Source of the DNA: an uncultured delta proteobacterium
GTDB taxonomy: Bacteria > Desulfobacterota > Desulfobacteria > Desulfobacterales > QNYZ01
Length of the DNA: 64,000 nt
NCBI GenBank assembly: GCA_963845145.1
Contig: CAWJQU010000001.1
Span: 192,001-256,000 of the forward strand
Reading direction: 5' to 3'
Shown: positions 28,740 to 38,973 of the stretch, in pieces
Position numbering within the stretch: the stretch's first letter is position 1
Layout of the letters: each line of letters opens with the position of its first letter
The notes under the pieces: generated by a model
The model's input: the letters and a program-made list of their open reading frames with translations, nothing else
The model's database searches: none
Told to the model about the DNA's origin: nothing
Translations under genes and position numbers: made by a program

Positions 28740-30269
28740 ATGCCGTTCAAGGTCCTAACTGCAGAAATATCCCATGAAACCAATTCCTTTAGTCTTCAGG
28801 AAACGGATGAACAGGCATTCAGAGACCGCTATGTTCTGATGGGCGCCGAAGCCATCGCCGAGCGTGGCCAAGCAAATACTGAACTTGCCGGCTTCCTCGA
28901 TAGCGGTCGAGCGCATGGCTGGAATGTCAATCATGTGCTTAGCGCATCCGCGGGCCCAAGCGGCAAAGTTAGGCGAACAACGTTTAACTGGCTCAGCGAC
29001 CCAATCATTTCCGCAATCAAGCAACAACCATTCGACGGACTTCTCCTCGGGTTACATGGCGCTATGGACTTAGAATTCTGCGAAGATGGCGAAGGCGAGC
29101 TGCTTTGGCGTATCCGCAGCGTGGTAGGCGAGAAGATGCCAATTGCCATCACGCTTGATCCACACGCAAATGTCAGTAATAAGATGTGCGCTCTGGCTGA
29201 CATCATCGTGTCGTTCAAAACCTATCCACATATTGATATGCGCGACACCGGTTCCCATGCCGGCGAAATTTTACACAGGACGATGGCCGGTGAGATCCAG
29301 CCGCATACGATCCTCGTGAGTCGACCTATGCTGGAAGAAGTCAATGGTGGGCGCACCGACGTTGGTCCGATGATCGAACGCATAGCAACCGCGCGGGCGT
29401 ATGAGGAAAAGGCGGACGTGTTCGCCGTGAGCATTAATGCTGGTTTCGCCAGTGCAGATGTTTCCAGGATTGGCCCAACGGTGTTGGTCACAGGCCAGGG
29501 CGATTTTGCCGCACACATTGCTTTCGCCGAAACGATTGCAGATGACATATGGAACCGGCGCTTTGAGGTGCTCAACGATTATCTCAGCGTTGAAGAAGCG
29601 GCAGCGATCGCAGCTACATACGAGCCTGACAAAGGGCCGCTGGTCATTGCAGACTATGCGGACAATCCCGGTGCCGGCGGCTATGGCGATTCAACTGAGC
29701 TCTTGCGCGCCCTGCTTGCGGCGGGTGTGACGAATGCCTGTTTTGGCCCCATGGTGGATCGCGAGGCAGCACAGGCATTGCATGCTGCTGATATTGGTGA
29801 ACGGATTCACATTGCGCTGGGCGGCAAGACCGCTCCACGCTACGGTGGTGGGCCACTCGCCGTAGAGGGCAAACTCGTTTCTATCAGCGACGGGCATTTC
29901 ACCGGCGAGGGTTCAATGCTTCATGGGCTTGGAGGCAGTTTCGGTCTTAGTGCTGTTCTACGGGTTGATGGTATTGAGATATTGGTGGTCACCAGGGCCC
30001 GCCAAATATTAGATTTACAGCAATTTAAAGCATTTGGCATCGATCCGCAGAATAAGCATGTCGTGGCGCTAAAATCGATGCAACACTTCCGGGCTGCGTT
30101 CGAGCCGATTGCCGGCCAAGTGATTGTTTGTGACAGCGGCGCGCTTTGCACCCCGCGTTACAACCGATTGCCCTATCGCCATGTACCAAGACCGATTTTT
30201 CCTCTTGATTCGGCGGAAAACTGGCTTGCTTATAAGCGTCGCCATAATTATTTTTTGTCCAAGTGTTAA
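28740..30269 (+). CDS. M81-family metallopeptidase (MlrC-like)
   Basis: HETNSFS, LGLHGAM, DGEGELL, LDPHAN, YPHID, DNPGAG and KSMQHFRAAF. Confidence 0.92.
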   Translation: MPFKVLTAEISHETNSFSLQETDEQAFRDRYVLMGAEAIAERGQANTELAGFLDSGRAHGWNVNHVLSASAGPSGKVRRTTFNWLSDPIISAIKQQPFDGLLLGLHGAMDLEFCEDGEGELLWRIRSVVGEKMPIAITLDPHANVSNKMCALADIIVSFKTYPHIDMRDTGSHAGEILHRTMAGEIQPHTILVSRPMLEEVNGGRTDVGPMIERIATARAYEEKADVFAVSINAGFASADVSRIGPTVLVTGQGDFAAHIAFAETIADDIWNRRFEVLNDYLSVEEAAAIAATYEPDKGPLVIADYADNPGAGGYGDSTELLRALLAAGVTNACFGPMVDREAAQALHAADIGERIHIALGGKTAPRYGGGPLAVEGKLVSISDGHFTGEGSMLHGLGGSFGLSAVLRVDGIEILVVTRARQILDLQQFKAFGIDPQNKHVVALKSMQHFRAAFEPIAGQVIVCDSGALCTPRYNRLPYRHVPRPIFPLDSAENWLAYKRRHNYFLSKC

Positions 30270-30852
30270 AATTTTTTTTAGGGCCATGCATGGAGAAAAT
30301 AATACTTTCAACAGCCGAAATATGACGGCATATTCTTACGGATGATGCCAACAACCCATTACCATAACTATCCGATTTTTTACGGTTTTTAGATTTTTAT
30401 TGACATTAATGGCATTTTCTGAATATATGATTGCTATCTTAGCGTTTCCATCTAATTAAATCAGGTGATATTCACACCTACGTACTGAGCGATTTTTCAA
30501 ATTATTTTTAATCAGATTTCCACAAACTTTAGCCTAAAAATACGGAAAAAGTGGATTGGAGATACCTCTCAAAACGTGCGTTCCTCACTCTCAATAGGCA
30601 TTAACCTATTGGGAGAACCAAATTTAATTTTCCAATTGGTCGCTTATCCCTAACGCTACATATACGCATTAAACCAATCCTTCTGTTTATAATGGGTTCA
30701 AAATGCGTTTAGGTCGGCATTTCACCATAATCACCCTTTTTCTTCCGGATCTTGATTTATTTTGGTTTTAGTAAAGAGGACTGCTCAATCTAATTTTTCG
30801 ATATTACCATCTTTTGACCGATCAATAACATGGAAAAAAGGAAGGTAATCAT

Positions 30853-31959
30853 ATGAAGATTTCAATAACCCTGATAGTGATAATTTATATGATGTGCCCA
30901 GCCGAAACCTTATGGGCTGAAGAATACAATTGGAATGATTTTACAAAACCTTATACGACAAAAGTTAATGTTCGTATAAATAAGGGTTCCACTGTCTGCG
31001 TTGATTTACCTGAAGATTACCTCCAGAACAATATTTACGTAAAACTCCACATCGATCTCCAAAGCAACTTCACCTACATGATAGATGGTTTAAAACAAAA
31101 AGGGTTCGAGGGTTTTTCGCCAAAAATATCTATAAACGGGGGTATTATCAGAGGAAATTATACTATCCAAGTAAAAAAAACGCCACTGCGGCAAACGGTC
31201 CCGGTTGATATTAAAACCAAATACTTAAGGACGGGAAAAAATGAGCTTAGATTCCATGTCGGTAAGGAAAATAACGTCAAATACAGTTGCAAGGGGGGTA
31301 ATGAATGCGTTGTATTTTTTGTTCGTGAAATATCCTTTGACGTTATTAAGTCAACAAAGTCGCTTGAGAAAAAGAACACATTAACTTTTCCCGATAAGGC
31401 TAATATTTGGGGTTCTTTTGAAGACGACTCCGCAAAATTGCTTGGATGGAATCTTGGCAAAGTACTCCAAGAAAGAACAGGCGAAGGAGGATTTCAGAAG
31501 GTTTACATCGATAGACGTCAAGGAGTAAAAAATTCACATAGGTGTCTTGCAATGGATTTTAGGTTAGGGCCAATGAGACCCGGCCTATCGGAATCTCATA
31601 GATTACCAGTCGCCATATTGAGAAATGATGGAAGGCGTAACCTTTTAGACTATCAAGGAATTAAATTTTATATTTGGGCGTCAAAAAAAGTCGTCATTAC
31701 TTTTGGTGTCGCGGATAAAGAAAATGGCACAAACAAAGAAGAACGTTGGAATCGCAATATAGTGGTCACACCCGAAAAAAAAAGTAATCGTATTCCTTTT
31801 AATTCCCTGTCCCTTTTCAAACGCAGGGCTCTTAGTCAAGGGACAAATCAGATATTGGATCTTAATAGGGTTGAGGCAATCTATTGGGTTGCACATGGAA
31901 GAAATGTTCCTTTTGGTACTGAGGTATCAATATATTTGGATGAAATTTCGTTTTATTAG
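30853..31959 (+). CDS. Secreted protein with a possible C-terminal carbohydrate-binding (CBM11/CIA30-like) domain
   Basis: Signal peptide; NLLDYQGIKFYIW, RIPFNSL, LDLNRVEAI and IYLDEISFY pattern; AT-rich. Confidence 0.55.
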   Translation: MKISITLIVIIYMMCPAETLWAEEYNWNDFTKPYTTKVNVRINKGSTVCVDLPEDYLQNNIYVKLHIDLQSNFTYMIDGLKQKGFEGFSPKISINGGIIRGNYTIQVKKTPLRQTVPVDIKTKYLRTGKNELRFHVGKENNVKYSCKGGNECVVFFVREISFDVIKSTKSLEKKNTLTFPDKANIWGSFEDDSAKLLGWNLGKVLQERTGEGGFQKVYIDRRQGVKNSHRCLAMDFRLGPMRPGLSESHRLPVAILRNDGRRNLLDYQGIKFYIWASKKVVITFGVADKENGTNKEERWNRNIVVTPEKKSNRIPFNSLSLFKRRALSQGTNQILDLNRVEAIYWVAHGRNVPFGTEVSIYLDEISFY

Positions 31960-32081
31960 AAATAGGTTAAAATCCGTCGTAACCTGATCTACGAAAACAC
32001 CCCCTCATATTGTGCATATCTTGGCCCAGACAAGGTATATCTTTCACTAGCAACTCTCAAAGCTTTAAACTGGAGAAAAAC

Positions 32082-32741
32082 ATGAAAGTATTGACAATAA
32101 GCTTAACTAAAAAAGTATTTGTGGGGATCATAATTACCAGCCTACTAACTATTGTGGGATGTGTCGCTAGCAAACCACTGAGCCGAACCGATAGATCCGC
32201 CATTAAAGCAGTCAGCATATTAGAAGAAGTGATGATGCCCGAAAGGATGTATTATCAAGGTTTAAGGGAAAATATTCTTGGAGTTACCCTTGGCGTATTT
32301 GGTGCTCTTATGGCTGAAAGCGGTAGAAAAGATGCAGAAGGGATCATAGAATTTGCCTTGGAGAAAGCAGATATAGATATTGCGAAGATCGTACGTCGGG
32401 AGTTTGAACAGGAATTGAAAAATTCGAACCTCTTCCAATCAATTGTTCCCAATGATGGAACCTCAGCAGTATTTCAACTCAATATAAAAATTTACGGCTT
32501 TGCTCAACCACATGGTTTGTCAAAGCAACTCAAACCGATGCTTGGAATTGAGGGCATTTTAACTAAGTCCGATGGCAAGAGTCTCTGGAAAAAATATGAA
32601 TATATAACCAACCTAAACAGTAAAACACCTTCTTATACCTATGGGGAGTATTTAGAGAACCCGGAATTGATGAGAGACGCTTTTAACACAGCATCGACTA
32701 TCATCATAGGCAAGTTAATTGAAGATTTGAAGCGTAATTAA
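32082..32741 (+). CDS. Hypothetical lipoprotein
   Basis: GGAG RBS; hydrophobic leader with IVGC lipobox. Confidence 0.65.
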   Translation: MKVLTISLTKKVFVGIIITSLLTIVGCVASKPLSRTDRSAIKAVSILEEVMMPERMYYQGLRENILGVTLGVFGALMAESGRKDAEGIIEFALEKADIDIAKIVRREFEQELKNSNLFQSIVPNDGTSAVFQLNIKIYGFAQPHGLSKQLKPMLGIEGILTKSDGKSLWKKYEYITNLNSKTPSYTYGEYLENPELMRDAFNTASTIIIGKLIEDLKRN

Positions 32742-32807
32742 TTAAATATTGGAAATACGGGGTGGTGCACCAAAAGCCTGCCGGATCATGGGCCTGTCTC
32801 GCGACAT

Positions 32808-33407
32808 CTATTCCGCCACCTCGTAAGACCATTCCATTATTTCCAGCGGATCTACCAGCCGAATTAATCTCGGATCTCGGAGCCGATTCCACTCAAATTG
32901 ATCGTAAAACATCGCTTTTGTTGGCCATCCGAAAGATAGATGCAGGTGCGGCAAAATATTGGCTTTCGATTTTTTCACACAGGCAACGGTCGCAATGATC
33001 TCATCTTTATTAACGATATCGCCCACACCCAGTTCAGCCCGGGGAACCGTATGGGCATAAATGGATAAAAAACCCATGTGATCTTCCCCCTGGATATCAT
33101 GTTCGACGATAACCGCCTTGCCAAGATAGTCCTTGAATATGGCCCGAATTCGCCCATCTGACACCGCTGGTATTTGGGTGGTTTCGTCGACCCGACGACT
33201 GCGACGACCACGGTCTTTGTATATGCATAGGTCAAGCCCCTCATGGGGAAAGTCTCGCTCACCGAGGTCCCCCCACCACTTATTGATTGCATTAAACCGC
33301 ATACCGGTGCAAAAAATCCACGCATGAAACCCCTTTTCGCTCAAGGCGGTGCTGCGCAGTTGCCAGTCGACCAAATGCTTTTTGGTAGTCAAAGAGAGCG
33401 TGGACAA
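32808..33407 (-). CDS. M23-family metallopeptidase
   Basis: HEGLD (HxxxD), SIYAH and PHLHLS (HxH) motifs; start uncertain. Confidence 0.8.
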   Translation of the reverse strand: MSTLSLTTKKHLVDWQLRSTALSEKGFHAWIFCTGMRFNAINKWWGDLGERDFPHEGLDLCIYKDRGRRSRRVDETTQIPAVSDGRIRAIFKDYLGKAVIVEHDIQGEDHMGFLSIYAHTVPRAELGVGDIVNKDEIIATVACVKKSKANILPHLHLSFGWPTKAMFYDQFEWNRLRDPRLIRLVDPLEIMEWSYEVAE

Positions 33408-33479
33408 AGGCCTTACCTTGTATCATTCCAGATAGTGGATGCCGATCACCCTATCGAGGGATACATCGGCCCTAACCCA

Positions 33480-33599
33480 TCAGGCGAGTCTCAACACCCA
33501 ACGGATGATAGTAGTCAATGCGAAGGTCGCGGCTAAACCACTGAACCAGAGGCCGGCAAACCATACCCACTGGCTTTGCTTTTTAGTACATTGCTTCAT
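33480..33599 (-). CDS. Unannotated 39-aa single-TM protein after cydB (DUF2474-like, probable bd-oxidase small subunit)
   Basis: MKQCTKKQSQWVWFAGLWFSGLAATFALTTIIRWVLRLA; overlaps the cydB stop. Confidence 0.75.
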   Translation of the reverse strand: MKQCTKKQSQWVWFAGLWFSGLAATFALTTIIRWVLRLA

Positions 33600-34602
33600 G
33601 GGACGCTTTTCCCCTGAAGATATAGTAGCAGTAACCGACATAGGTTAAAATCACCGGCAACATGATGACTGTTCCTACCAGCAACAACGATTGGGATTCC
33701 GGCGCGGCGGCCGCCTGGCGAAAAGTGAATTCAAAGGGAACGAGCCATGGCCACATGCTGATTGCCAACCCCAGATAGTTCATGAAAAACAACCCCAGAC
33801 CCAGGAAAAACGGTTGATACTCTCGTTTGGCCCGTAAAGTGCGCCATAGGAAAACGAGTAAACCAATAGATACAATGGGCATGGGTGACAGCATCAGTAT
33901 ATTGGGCCAACTGAACCACAAATTTTTAAAACGATCATTAATAAAAGGCATGCTCAGGCAAACAAGCCCCATAAAGAGCGCCACATGAACGAGAAGGTAA
34001 GAAGCACACTTACGCGCCCACTTCTGGGTCTCATCTTCGGTTTTCATAATCAACCAGGTAGCACCCAGCATGGCATACCCGCAAACCACGGCCAGGCCGG
34101 TCAGGACAGTAAACGTTGTTAACCAGTCAAGCGGGCCACCCGCAAACTGGCGCCCCTGCACTGTTACACCCTGAACAACCCCGCCCAGCACCATGCCCTG
34201 GCTAAAAGCGGCGGCCAGTGATCCAAAATGGAATGCGACGTCCCAAATTTTTTTCGATGGGCCGGTGGCTTTGAATCGAAACTCAAATGCCACACCACGA
34301 AATACCAGCCCCAATAACATGAGCGTTACGGGAATATATAGAGCCGGCATTAAAATGGAATACGCCAATGGAAAGGCCGCAAACAAACCACCACCGCCCA
34401 GCACCAGCCAGGTTTCGTTACCGTCCCAGAAGGGTGCAATCGAATTCATCATGCGATCACGACATTTTTCGGTAGGGGCAAACGGGAACAGAATCCCAAC
34501 CCCCAGATCAAACCCATCCAGCACGATGTACAAAAATATGGCCGTGGCAATGAGCGCGCCCCAAATAAATGGCAGATCCAGAAAACTTTCGAAACTAAAC
34601 AT
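33583..34602 (-). CDS. cydB: Cytochrome bd ubiquinol oxidase subunit II
   Basis: LDGFDLGVG, PFWDGNETWLV and FRGVAFEFR; GGAGG RBS before ATG 34602. Confidence 0.95.
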   Translation of the reverse strand: MFSFESFLDLPFIWGALIATAIFLYIVLDGFDLGVGILFPFAPTEKCRDRMMNSIAPFWDGNETWLVLGGGGLFAAFPLAYSILMPALYIPVTLMLLGLVFRGVAFEFRFKATGPSKKIWDVAFHFGSLAAAFSQGMVLGGVVQGVTVQGRQFAGGPLDWLTTFTVLTGLAVVCGYAMLGATWLIMKTEDETQKWARKCASYLLVHVALFMGLVCLSMPFINDRFKNLWFSWPNILMLSPMPIVSIGLLVFLWRTLRAKREYQPFFLGLGLFFMNYLGLAISMWPWLVPFEFTFRQAAAAPESQSLLLVGTVIMLPVILTYVGYCYYIFRGKASHEAMY

Positions 34603-36001
34603 GCTCACCTCCCGTTTCATGGACCATATCGGTGACCAATGGTGGTTTCTTGACGCCGTGGGTCCCATAAGGATCTTCATCCGGGGGAACGGGACCTTTG
34701 CCAATCAATCTCAATATGTAGTAACTGCCCGCACTGAAAATAAACGTATAGCTGATAATAAACCCGAGAAGTGACAACGCGATATGGGGCCCTATCACCG
34801 GAGATACGGTCTCGGCGGTTTTCATGACCCCGTAAATCACATAAGGCTGCCGGCCGACTTCGGTAACCATCCAACCGGCCAGTACGGAAATAAACCCGGC
34901 CGGCGTCAGGGCCATGCACCACCATTGAAACCAGCGGGTATCAAACAGTCGTTTTCGAATAAAAAGGATCACCCCAACCAACCCGGTCACTACCATCAGA
35001 ACGCCCAGTCCGACCATGATACGAAAGGACCAGAAAACAACAGCCACCGGCGGGCGTTCGTCTTTGGGCCATTCTTTGAGGCCCTTAACCTCGCCGTTTA
35101 GGTCATGGGTCAGGATTAAACTGGTCAATTTCGGTATCTCGATGGCGTATTTGGTGACTTCTTCTTCATCATCAGGCCAGCCGAATAATTTTAAAGCCGC
35201 GCCTTGCTGGGTTTTCCAAAGGCCTTCCATGGCAGCCACTTTTGCCGGCTGGTGCTCCAGGGTATTTAATCCATGCAAGTCTCCGATAAACGGCTGCAAG
35301 GGGGCCACAAAAACCGCCATCAACATCGCCATGCCAAACATCACACGAGCATGTTTTGCGTGGCGACCAAGCCAAAGGTAATACGCTCCAATCCCTCCCA
35401 CGACAAAGGCGGTGGTAAGATACGCGGCGAGTACCATATGGACAAGACGATAAGGAAATGAGGGGTTAAAGATAACCTGCAACCAGTCGGTGGGATAGAA
35501 TAATCCGTTTTCTCCGACACGAAAACCTTGAGGTGTCTGCATAAAACTGTTGGCGGACAGAATCCAAAAAGCGGATAACAATGTTCCCAAAGCCACGATG
35601 GCCGTTGCCGCAAAATGCATTCTGGGGCTCACCCGGTTCCAACCGAAAAGCATGATACCGAGAAACGATGCCTCAAGAAAAAAAGCGGTCAATACCTCAA
35701 ACCCGAGCAAAGGCCCAATGATGTTGCCGACTCGATCGGCAAAAACCGACCAATTGGTGCCGAATTGATAAGACAAGACAATACCGGAGACAACGCCCAT
35801 ACCGAATGTGACGGCAAAGATTTTCACCCACATACGGTAGATGTCCTGGTACACCTGTTTGCCGGTTTTTAACCAGCGCCACTCCACCACGGCCAGCCAA
35901 CTGGCAAGCCCGATGGTGAAGGCCGGAAAAATAATATGATAAGAAATGGTGAATGCAAATTGGATTCTTGCCAACCAAACCGGATCCAAGTTCTGTATCA
36001 T
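34595..36001 (-). CDS. cydA: Cytochrome bd ubiquinol oxidase subunit I (short Q-loop, CioA-like)
   Basis: ARIQFAFTISYHIIFP, QFGTNW, AFFLEASF, QPAKVAAMEG and GWMVTEVGRQP. Confidence 0.95.
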   Translation of the reverse strand: MIQNLDPVWLARIQFAFTISYHIIFPAFTIGLASWLAVVEWRWLKTGKQVYQDIYRMWVKIFAVTFGMGVVSGIVLSYQFGTNWSVFADRVGNIIGPLLGFEVLTAFFLEASFLGIMLFGWNRVSPRMHFAATAIVALGTLLSAFWILSANSFMQTPQGFRVGENGLFYPTDWLQVIFNPSFPYRLVHMVLAAYLTTAFVVGGIGAYYLWLGRHAKHARVMFGMAMLMAVFVAPLQPFIGDLHGLNTLEHQPAKVAAMEGLWKTQQGAALKLFGWPDDEEEVTKYAIEIPKLTSLILTHDLNGEVKGLKEWPKDERPPVAVVFWSFRIMVGLGVLMVVTGLVGVILFIRKRLFDTRWFQWWCMALTPAGFISVLAGWMVTEVGRQPYVIYGVMKTAETVSPVIGPHIALSLLGFIISYTFIFSAGSYYILRLIGKGPVPPDEDPYGTHGVKKPPLVTDMVHETGGEHV

Positions 36002-36212
36002 TAACCCCCCACAATATGATCAATCGAATATTGCTCTCGTTCCACGTGCCGTTTGTTTAAAGTGACTTATAAAATATCGTAAGTATCAGGTAAAGCCTCA
36101 ATACCATTTGGTGGCCATTTAAAGAGAGATTCTGAAGAATTCGCACGTTTGAATAATTCAGCCCTCCTGAAACAAGTTGGATAAAAGGGCACCGCTCATT
36201 GCTGGTGGTGGC

Positions 36213-37451
36213 CTATTCGTTTAAGCATAATTGGTAGGCCTGCTCGACTTTCTTAAACACACCCTTCCAGGTATAGGTGCCAAGTAAACCCTCAAGTGGC
36301 GAAAGATCAATTACTGCGGACTTCGATGCCGCAAGAATTTGACGCTGGAGGGCCGCTTTCAGATCTTGTTCGAATTGCTCTTCATCTTTATGATCGGGCT
36401 GATCGATATGATGCAATCGGGGGGTCTTTACTTTAGAAATGAAATCGCAATCGGTATCTCCCAATATTTCCCGGGTACCCGGAAGATCGGTCACCACGAG
36501 TCGACATCCTCCAGCCAGGCCTTCCAAGATTACCAGAGGTAGACCTTCATAAAAAGACGGCAACACTAAAATGTGGGCCTGCCGAATGATTTTGGCCAGA
36601 ACAGTCTGGGGAATTGCGCCATGGACATGTACCCTCTCTCCCAATATTTTTGCCAAGGTGAGGCATTGTGCTTTTTCTTCGCCACTGCCGCCGCCGATCA
36701 GGTGTAATTGCCACGCCGGCGATTCGATGGCCTGCAGGGCACGTAAAAACCAGGGGACGCCTTTGGCATTGCTCAATTTTCCGGCATATACCAGCTGCAC
36801 CGGGTCGGGGGTTGGTTTTGAGTCCAAATAAAACAGTTCATTATTATACCCGGCACCGGTTAGTCGAATTTTTTCACACGGTATATCATATAATCGGCTG
36901 ATATCCCGTTTTTGGGTATGGCTTAGGGCTAGCGCTACGTCTATGTCACGACACCCAGCTGCCACCTTACCCTGAAGATGTGGGCAATTTTGGAATTGGC
37001 GCAGGTCTGACCCATGGCATGAGGTCACCATGGGTATCTCCGGAAATAGCCCGCGCGCTAGCGTGCTGACCAACCATAAATGGTGGCTGTGAATGATGTG
37101 GGGTTGAAACCGGCCAACGGCCTTTTGAAGTATTTTAGAAAACGCGACCTCATATTCCTTCAGGTCCGCTTTCGACAGGTCGCAAAAGCGGGAACTTGTA
37201 TAGGGCATCACATCGCTCATACCCGGAATATGATAGCCGACATCTCCCTGGTGAAAAGTAACAAAAAGTGTGTTTTCACGTGCAATGCATAACGGTTCTT
37301 GGATACACCCCGCACCACTACCGGCGACCAGAAAATTGTCATGACCCGCTGCTTCGGCTTCGCGAATCATGGCTTGAACGTAAATACCGCTACCGGTGGA
37401 ATCCGGTCGCTGGCTTAGTACATGTAATATTTTTAACGACTTGGCGTTCAT
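36213..37451 (-). CDS. Glycosyltransferase family 4
   Basis: HSHH, HGSD, AGKLSNAKG and LPSFYEGLPLVILE. Confidence 0.88.
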   Translation of the reverse strand: MNAKSLKILHVLSQRPDSTGSGIYVQAMIREAEAAGHDNFLVAGSGAGCIQEPLCIARENTLFVTFHQGDVGYHIPGMSDVMPYTSSRFCDLSKADLKEYEVAFSKILQKAVGRFQPHIIHSHHLWLVSTLARGLFPEIPMVTSCHGSDLRQFQNCPHLQGKVAAGCRDIDVALALSHTQKRDISRLYDIPCEKIRLTGAGYNNELFYLDSKPTPDPVQLVYAGKLSNAKGVPWFLRALQAIESPAWQLHLIGGGSGEEKAQCLTLAKILGERVHVHGAIPQTVLAKIIRQAHILVLPSFYEGLPLVILEGLAGGCRLVVTDLPGTREILGDTDCDFISKVKTPRLHHIDQPDHKDEEQFEQDLKAALQRQILAASKSAVIDLSPLEGLLGTYTWKGVFKKVEQAYQLCLNE

Positions 37452-37477
37452 TGAAGCAACGGCTCCTGGCGATTGAA

Positions 37478-37960
37478 TCAAACGTCCACTTCTCGTTTAA
37501 ACCACTTGGGCATCCGTCGCCGGGTCCAACGGACAAAACCCGCTTTTTCCCCGATATAATAAGCCCGATAGGCCGCCACCGGATCATTGTCGACCTTATA
37601 CTTTTCCGGCATGGCCTGAGCGAACGTGGTCAAACCGATATCGGGAATATCGGGGGTTGCCAGTTCCATAATGACCCCGGCCGAGCGATGGTGTTTTTTT
37701 GTTCCAAAACGGTACCGATACTCATCATTTAGCGCGAGGCCCAAACGGTACAACCACTGCCAGTTTGATAGGGAACGGCCGGTCCATCGTGTGCATGGAT
37801 GTTTCTCATGGGTTGATCGGTAGGGCGCCGCGTCGCCACCCGTCTGATTGACAACCGTACATAGCATCTGCGCACTTTCCAGGATCATTTTGATCACATG
37901 TTGATCGGCATGGTATCGTGCGCACGTGCGGATGTTTCGATCCAGCACAAAAATATTCAT
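37478..37960 (-). CDS. Pyrimidine-dimer DNA glycosylase / endonuclease V-like family protein
   Basis: MNIFVLD, HADQHVIKMILESAQMLCT, HPCTRW, QAMP and AYRAYYIGEK. Confidence 0.75.
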   Translation of the reverse strand: MNIFVLDRNIRTCARYHADQHVIKMILESAQMLCTVVNQTGGDAAPYRSTHEKHPCTRWTGRSLSNWQWLYRLGLALNDEYRYRFGTKKHHRSAGVIMELATPDIPDIGLTTFAQAMPEKYKVDNDPVAAYRAYYIGEKAGFVRWTRRRMPKWFKREVDV

Positions 37961-38016
37961 CGGCGATGCTCTGACTATAACCGTTTACGTCATAAATCTG
38001 TCCCAACTTTCTGCGA

Positions 38017-38922
38017 TCAGCCCATCGGCTGGAACCATTCACTGAAGCGATCATCTTCAAAGTTGAAAATGCGGTGCATGACATCGATCAACTGCCGGGT
38101 TACCGGTCCCGGCGCATCCAGGTTTCGGTCTTCCAGGCAGCGTATCGGCAGCACCTTGGTCCCCGTAAAGGCGGTAAAGACCTCATCGGCCGCTAAAAGT
38201 TCTTCCGGTGAAATCAATTCAATGGACACGGGCAATCCAAGGGTTTCAGCAGCTTCTAAAACCGATTTACGAGTAATGCTTGCCAGGATACGACCCAGTG
38301 GCGTTGTTTTAAGTACGCCGTCTTTAACCATAAAAACCGACTCCACCGACCCTTCGGCCACAAACCCATCCGTGCCCACCATCAGACCGATGTCAAATCC
38401 ACGACTGAGGGCATCTTTTCTTACCAGGTATCCGTTTAAATAGTTGGCGCAGGCCTTGGCGCCGACAGGCACCGTCTCGGGGTGAAGCTTCCGCCACTTT
38501 GATAAACAGGCGGTGATCGGTTCGCTTTTATCGAGGCCTAGTTCTTCGCTTTCAGGAATGGCAAAAATTGCCAAATCAAGCTTGGCATCGGGAACCAGTT
38601 GAATCACCATTTCCTCGGACCAGTAGGCAAACATTTTCACCAAACCTCGACCGATTTCGTTGGCTTTAACGGTTTCAATAACGGCCGCGGCTATCTCCTC
38701 GCTGGAATAGCGTATCTCCATTCCCAGCAAATAAGCGCTCTGCGCCAGGCGTTTTAGATGCGCATCCATTTGAAAAGCAAAAACCCCTTTGGGTCCTTGA
38801 TGGATGCCGAAGATTTCAAAAATAGCCGAAGCACGTGAAAACCCATGCGATAAAAGCGGTACGGTGGCATCCTTCCAATCCACCAAAGCGCCATTCATCC
38901 ATACTTTTCCTTTTTTTTCCAT
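38017..38922 (-). CDS. Class IV PLP aminotransferase (branched-chain/D-amino-acid family, IlvE-like)
   Basis: VWMNGALV, HLKRL, AKACANY, AEGS, ILASITR and ADEVF. Confidence 0.85.
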   Translation of the reverse strand: MEKKGKVWMNGALVDWKDATVPLLSHGFSRASAIFEIFGIHQGPKGVFAFQMDAHLKRLAQSAYLLGMEIRYSSEEIAAAVIETVKANEIGRGLVKMFAYWSEEMVIQLVPDAKLDLAIFAIPESEELGLDKSEPITACLSKWRKLHPETVPVGAKACANYLNGYLVRKDALSRGFDIGLMVGTDGFVAEGSVESVFMVKDGVLKTTPLGRILASITRKSVLEAAETLGLPVSIELISPEELLAADEVFTAFTGTKVLPIRCLEDRNLDAPGPVTRQLIDVMHRIFNFEDDRFSEWFQPMG

Positions 38923-38973
38923 GCTTTCTCCCTATTCAATACAACGCGTATGGTTTGAACCGACGGTTATCGG

